Below, one piece after another: positions 59,806 through 64,000 of a stretch of DNA of 64,000 nucleotides (position 1 is the stretch's first letter; every line of letters begins with the position of its first letter). Location of the stretch: assembly GCA_965208105.1 (NCBI GenBank), contig OZ242318.1:384001-448000 (forward strand), read 5' to 3'. The position numbers and the translations under genes were made by a program. A model generated the notes under the pieces. The model saw only the letters and a list, made by a program, of their open reading frames with translations. It did not search any database and was not told the DNA's origin. Source of the DNA: Candidatus Latescibacterota bacterium. Its GTDB lineage: Bacteria; Latescibacterota; UBA2968; UBA8231.

Positions 59806-59975
59806 CCTGCTTCCTCAAATTTTTCTTTGTCTTCCACTTCATGATACTTGGCGTCTACTACCTGGCTCTTGTCAATTACCTGAGATTTACTTCGCGGATT
59901 GCCGATCAGCCTGGATTTCCGGAGGAAATAGGCGACCAAAACAGCCGCAAGTAGTAACAGCAAAACCTTGATCAA
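59802..59975 (-). CDS. Small single-TM membrane protein (57 aa; not in ORF track)
   Basis: MIKVLLLLLAAVLVAYFLRKSRLIGNPRSKSQVIDKSQVVDAKYHEVEDKEKFEEAG; GGAG 9 nt upstream of the TTG; stop overlaps the holA GTG (GTGA). Confidence 0.6.
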   Translation of the reverse strand: MIKVLLLLLAAVLVAYFLRKSRLIGNPRSKSQVIDKSQVVDAKYHEVEDKEKFEEAG

Positions 59976-60016
59976 AATTGACAGCTCCGAGGGACCTGGG
60001 TTGAGAGTTGATCAAA

Positions 60017-60796
60017 TCAGCAATTTAAACAGGATAGCACTGCGTCAAATAAATGACCATTGGTGGAAAAGGCGTTTTTCCCGTAGATTGTTGCCCTCCC
60101 CTCCCAATCGGTAAAGGTGCCTCCCGCTTCTTCCAAGATGGGCAATAAGGGGCCACAATCCCATGAATTCATGGCAGGGTCGAAACTGCCCTCGGCACGA
60201 CCTGTGGCCACCAGGACATGCCCGTAACAATCTCCCCACCCGCGCTGTATCCTGGTCGCGCGAGTAAGCGCCTCCCAACTGTTTGCCCGTCCTTCCGCCG
60301 CAAAACTGGATGCACTGGTATAGCAGATGCAGGCATCTTTCAATTCGCGCACGTCCGACACGGCCGCTCTGCGACCGTTCCACCAGCAGCCTTCACCTCT
60401 GGCGGCATAGACCATCTCGTCCAGGGCAGGCAGGTAGACTACGCCCAAAACTACCCCGTCGGGATTCTCCATGGCAACGAGCACTCCAAAGAATGGGACT
60501 CCTCTCAAAAATGAGTGGGTCCCATCAATTGGATCGATGATCCAGCGATTCCCCGAGGTGCCCTTCTTCTCGTTGAATTCCTCACCAACGATTCCGTCAT
60601 CGGGGAAAGCTTTCTGAACCAGGCCGCGCAAGAGTGTCTCAGCCTCCTTGTCGGCGATCGTCACCGGAGACCCATCCACCTTCCACTCCGGTTCTATACT
60701 GGTCTGAAAATAGGGTAATGTGCATTTCCCAGCCCGCCAGGCGGCCTCCGCTGCAAACTCCATCCGTTTCCCCAGCAGGTCGGTCATCCGCATCAC
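60017..60796 (-). CDS. hisN: Inositol monophosphatase family protein, probable histidinol-phosphatase
   Basis: K.DGSPVTIAD..AE, GEE, WIIDPIDGT.SF.RGVP, RGWGDCYG, WD. Confidence 0.8.
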   Translation of the reverse strand: MMRMTDLLGKRMEFAAEAAWRAGKCTLPYFQTSIEPEWKVDGSPVTIADKEAETLLRGLVQKAFPDDGIVGEEFNEKKGTSGNRWIIDPIDGTHSFLRGVPFFGVLVAMENPDGVVLGVVYLPALDEMVYAARGEGCWWNGRRAAVSDVRELKDACICYTSASSFAAEGRANSWEALTRATRIQRGWGDCYGHVLVATGRAEGSFDPAMNSWDCGPLLPILEEAGGTFTDWEGRATIYGKNAFSTNGHLFDAVLSCLNC

Positions 60797-60799
60797 CTC

Positions 60800-61636
60800 T
60801 CATCCCAGGATTTTCCGGCGCAGCCCCTCGAGAAGGTTCAGTGCAGCTTTCAAATCCGCGGCTTGATCTGGGGAGTATTCGCGCTCAATGGTCAGCGGCC
60901 CCTCGTAACCCACCTCCTTCAATTTGCGGAGAAAGGCCTCCATATCCACGTCTCCTGCACCCAATGCCTCGTCTTCGTACCAAGGCTGTCCAGGCTTGCG
61001 CTCCCAGCAGGCGTCCTTGCAGTGAACACTCTTGACATGGGTCCCCACAATGTCCAGTGCCTCCAGGGGCTCTCCCGATCCATAGAGAATCATATTTGCG
61101 GGATCAAAGTTCACTGCGAGGTTGTCCCGGTCTACGGCCTGAATAAATCGCAGCAACTCATCTGCGGTCTCTTGTCCCGTCTCCAGGTGAAACCGCTGCC
61201 CTAGCCCGAGGCAATGGTCGCAAACCTGACGGGTCACCCCGACTACTGAGGCATATTCCGGATGGGTTGGGTCGGATGGCACGAATCCCAGGTGCATGCC
61301 GATGGCATCTACTCCCAGCCCGTGGGCGAAGTCGGCGATTTCCAGCGTCTCCTGCAAACGCTCCCGGCGACGCTCGGGAGGAACCAACCCCACAGTTTTA
61401 ACCACCGAGTCTGTCGTCGAATAGTCGTCATCGGGGAAGCCCGCGAAGACCACGGAGATGACGACTTCCGCCTCGGCGAAGCGATCTTTCAGTTCGGCAA
61501 CCTGGCAAGGAGTCCGATACTCTGCAGACGGAGCGTGAAGATGAACCGTTGGCACTCCCAACCCCCGCACCGCATCAAGGCCCGCACCGAGGCCGCCATG
61601 CGTGGAGGTGAAGATGCCGGTCTCCCATTGATTCAT
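60800..61636 (-). CDS. Sugar phosphate isomerase/epimerase (xylose isomerase-like TIM barrel)
   Basis: HLETGQE, NFDPANMILYG, VHCKD, GY.GPLTIERE. Confidence 0.85.
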   Translation of the reverse strand: MNQWETGIFTSTHGGLGAGLDAVRGLGVPTVHLHAPSAEYRTPCQVAELKDRFAEAEVVISVVFAGFPDDDYSTTDSVVKTVGLVPPERRRERLQETLEIADFAHGLGVDAIGMHLGFVPSDPTHPEYASVVGVTRQVCDHCLGLGQRFHLETGQETADELLRFIQAVDRDNLAVNFDPANMILYGSGEPLEALDIVGTHVKSVHCKDACWERKPGQPWYEDEALGAGDVDMEAFLRKLKEVGYEGPLTIEREYSPDQAADLKAALNLLEGLRRKILG

Positions 61637-61648
61637 TACAGTTCTTTC

Positions 61649-61688
61649 AAAAGGAAAAGGGGTCAGAATTAAAATCCACCCCTTTCCC
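61649..61688 (-). terminator. Putative intrinsic terminator
   Basis: Minus-strand hairpin GGAAAGGGGT...ACCCCTTTTCC followed by TTTT. Confidence 0.5.
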
Positions 61689-61715
61689 GCAACGCAATTT
61701 GGCTCGAAGACCCGA

Positions 61716-61868
61716 CTATTTTACTTGATTTTTTACAGAGGGTCCATGCCGATCTTCAGGTTGAATATTTGCCAGTACGGCATTGAGCTTTTTGCGAAAA
61801 TTCAAAATCCGATTCTCGACTTCATCAATGGAGCGCAGCAGATCTTCCTCATTTCCTTTGTCAGCCAT
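61716..61868 (-). CDS. Hypothetical 50-aa helical protein (not in ORF track)
   Basis: MADKGNEEDLLRSIDEVENRILNFRKKLNAVLANIQPEDRHGPSVKNQVK; fills the intergenic gap co-directionally and is followed by a terminator-like hairpin. Confidence 0.45.
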   Translation of the reverse strand: MADKGNEEDLLRSIDEVENRILNFRKKLNAVLANIQPEDRHGPSVKNQVK

Positions 61869-61973
61869 GACAGGTCCGTTGGTTTTAAGCAGGGGAATGG
61901 GAGTATACTGCAGTCCGGATGCAAAATCCAGAAAGGGAGCAATGAGTTTTTCATGGTATGGGTGGAAACTGGC

Positions 61974-62834
61974 TCAGGCGGTGTTGTAGGATCTCAGCTG
62001 GTCGCATCGGCTGGGATGGCGAAGCCGGTGCAGAGCCTTCTCCTTGATCTGGCGGACTCGCTCCCGGGTGAGACCGAAACGGACGCCGATCTGATCCAAG
62101 GTCATGGGGTCTTCGCCGCCCAAACCAAAATAAAGCCGGAGAATCTCGGCCTCGCGACCCATCAAGCTTCCCAAGGCGGAGTCGATCTGGCCGCGCAGAC
62201 ACCCCTGCATCGCCTGGCTTTCCGGGGATTCCTGGCGGTCGTCGGGGAGAACGTCCAGCAGGCTGTGATCTTCTTCATCTTTAAATGTAGCGTCCAGCGA
62301 GCGGACAGAACGACCGCACATCAAAGTCTCTTTGACTTCCTGCACGGGAACGTCGAGCTGATTGGCAATCTCTTCCGGATTGGGATCGTCAGCGCGCTCC
62401 TGCTGCAACATGCGGGATGTTTTGGAGATTTTGTAGAGCAATCCAATCTTGTTGAGGGGAAGTCGAACGGTGCGTGATTGTTCCGCAAGGGTCTGGAGGA
62501 TGGCCTGACGAATCCACCAAACAGCATAGGAGATAAATTTAAATCCTTTGTTTTCATCGAAGCGCTCGGCAGCGGTGATGAGACCCATGTTCCCTGCGCT
62601 GACCAGATCTGATAGGGGAACACCGCGGTTCTGGTATTCCTTTGCAACGCTGACCACAAAGCGCAAATTGGCCTCCACAAGCCGGTTGCGCGCGCCACCG
62701 TTGCCCTTCTTGATCTGACGGGCTAATTTTACCTCCTCGCCGGCTGAAAGAGGCCTGGAATGGGCGATCTCGGCCAGGTAACTTCCCAGCGAGTCATCCA
62801 CATCCCAAAAGGAAGCTTTTGTCATTTCTGCCAT
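61974..62834 (-). CDS. RNA polymerase sigma70-family factor (RpoD/RpoS-like, no region 1.1)
   Basis: LVEANLRFVVSVAK, FD..KGFKFISYAVWWIRQAI, LTRERVRQIKEKAL. Confidence 0.93.
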   Translation of the reverse strand: MAEMTKASFWDVDDSLGSYLAEIAHSRPLSAGEEVKLARQIKKGNGGARNRLVEANLRFVVSVAKEYQNRGVPLSDLVSAGNMGLITAAERFDENKGFKFISYAVWWIRQAILQTLAEQSRTVRLPLNKIGLLYKISKTSRMLQQERADDPNPEEIANQLDVPVQEVKETLMCGRSVRSLDATFKDEEDHSLLDVLPDDRQESPESQAMQGCLRGQIDSALGSLMGREAEILRLYFGLGGEDPMTLDQIGVRFGLTRERVRQIKEKALHRLRHPSRCDQLRSYNTA

Positions 62835-62911
62835 AGGCTGAATCCTTCGTATGGAGGTAGGGAGGGCGAAGGAGGGAAAATCAATGGCACCCTGGGATCA
62901 AGGTTATCTAG

Positions 62912-62941
62912 AACATAAGAAGGCACGGGAAAGACTGTCAA
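62912..62941 (-). promoter_or_regulatory. Putative sigma70 promoter of the sigma factor gene
   Basis: Minus strand TTGACA-18 bp-TATGTT. Confidence 0.45.
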
Positions 62942-62969
62942 GCAATTTCTCTGAGGGCGACTGATCAAC

Positions 62970-63689
62970 TCACGCGACCTCTTGCTGCAGGGCGAGCAGG
63001 GTATTGATCCCCTCGTTGGCAACATCCAGCATGCGGTCTGCTTCGCGGCGGCTGAAAGGGCGTCCTTCGGCGGATCCCTGGATCTCGACGATGCCCCCGC
63101 GGCCGGTCATGGCTATATTCATATCGGTCTCTGCTTTCACGTCTTCCGCATAGCACAAATCGAGAAGGACGCGTCCTTCAACCAACCCTACACTGACTGC
63201 CGCCACCGCATCCAGTAGTGGGCTTTTATTTAAATTTTCTTCTCTAGTAATTTTTTTAATGGCCTCTGCCAGAGCAACATATGACCCGGTAATGGCAGCA
63301 GTCCGAGTTCCCCCGTCGGCTTGGATCACATCACAGTCGACATGGAGGGTGCGCTCTCCGAGACTCCCAAGATCGATGATTGCCCGAAGTGTGCGACCAA
63401 TAAGCCGCTGTATCTCCCTGCTGCGGCCATTGACCCTGCCGGTTGCGGATTCGCGGCTGATGCGCCTGCTTGAGGACCCTGGCAGCATTCCGTACTCGGC
63501 CGTGAGCCACCCCTTGCCGGTGCCGACGAGAAAGGCCGGTACGCGATCCTCCAAGGAGACCGTGCAAATCACCCTGGTATTCCCCATGGCGATTAGGGCG
63601 GATCCCGGAACAGTATCAAGGTATCCCTTGGTTATGGTTGCCGGACGCAGCTCATAGGGCCCGCGCCCGTCGACCCGCTCAGATTCCAT
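62970..63689 (-). CDS. rph: Ribonuclease PH
   Basis: GWLTAEYGMLP, GRSREIQRLIGR, DCDVIQADGGTRTAAITG, DLCY.ED..AETDMN. Confidence 0.97.
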   Translation of the reverse strand: MESERVDGRGPYELRPATITKGYLDTVPGSALIAMGNTRVICTVSLEDRVPAFLVGTGKGWLTAEYGMLPGSSSRRISRESATGRVNGRSREIQRLIGRTLRAIIDLGSLGERTLHVDCDVIQADGGTRTAAITGSYVALAEAIKKITREENLNKSPLLDAVAAVSVGLVEGRVLLDLCYAEDVKAETDMNIAMTGRGGIVEIQGSAEGRPFSRREADRMLDVANEGINTLLALQQEVA

Positions 63690-64000
63690 ATTTCCTGGAT
63701 TGCAGGTGTTGCCGGTAGTCCATACCTGCCATTTCCACCTGGTGGCACATCTCGGAGATGCGCGAGTAGATCCGTCCCCTGGAAAGCTGCTGAACTTCGT
63801 CTACCGATTGATTGGTGGTTATAACCGTAAAGCGGCCATCTGCATAACGGGAATCCAGCAAACCATAGAGCATCTCCTCTTCCCACTCTGTGTTGCGTTG
63901 GATTCCAAAATCGTCCACCACAAGGAAGGGGATATTACACAACTCCTCGATAATCTGCCAGGTTTGACCATAGTGTGCGCTTTCTTCGGAATAGGTGGCG
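63679..64000 (-). CDS. DnaC/IstB-like AAA+ ATPase, C-terminal part (5' end outside window)
   Basis: FLVVDDFG (Walker B), LLDSRY, TVITTN, RIYSRI.EMC, G.DYR. Confidence 0.8.
   Translation of the reverse strand, partial: ATYSEESAHYGQTWQIIEELCNIPFLVVDDFGIQRNTEWEEEMLYGLLDSRYADGRFTVITTNQSVDEVQQLSRGRIYSRISEMCHQVEMAGMDYRQHLQSRKYGI

Noticed and set aside
61725-62477. 250-aa + strand ORF, and similar long antisense ORFs (12494-13747, 34685-35719, 46945-48126, 50927-51862, 58759-59583)
   Set aside because: These are antisense shadows of well-conserved genes, with no recognisable motifs.
62904-62915. 12-mer TTATCTAGAACA shared with 16656-16667 (upstream of the sigma and recombinase genes)
   Set aside because: A single 12-bp match is expected by chance in 64 kb, and it does not fit a known operator such as a LexA box.
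63679-64000. IstB-like ATPase as part of an IS21 element
   Set aside because: It overlaps the rph start with no terminal repeat between them, so a housekeeping DnaC-like loader is more likely. This cannot be settled at the window edge.

Overview
Bacterial chromosomal core region, almost entirely housekeeping genes. The gene set is FCB/Latescibacterota-like, but that assignment is inference only. Host genes from 1 to 15.5 kb all lie on the + strand (der, merR, rimP-nusA-infB-DUF503-rbfA-truB-riboflavin kinase-rpsO, pnp, asnS, leuS). From 15.6 kb onward nearly all genes lie on the - strand (mutL, hprK, rsgA, apt, metB, thrC, thiT, ychF, rqcH, valS, hemL, gcvT/P, coaE, hflKC, epmA, clpX, trxA, holA, a sigma70 factor, rph). 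The most notable structure sits at that convergence point: a stand-alone tyrosine recombinase gene bracketed by two inverted 11-6-11 dif-like sites. This could be a chromosomal dif module carrying its own recombinase at the probable replication terminus. Other notable items are (1) an IS630 element with a -1 frameshift and a 162-bp hairpin MITE stacked on the TA of the rpsO stop codon, with two further diverged MITE relatives in the window, (2) FAD synthesis apparently split between a kinase-only ribF and an archaeal-type RibL, (3) an EpmA with a LysRS-like OB-fold remnant, (4) a plant-like thrC-metB pair and (5) an AI-2E transporter with an inserted Ig-like domain. No rRNA, tRNA or CRISPR array was seen. 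All calls are by-eye motif recognition; no database search was run.
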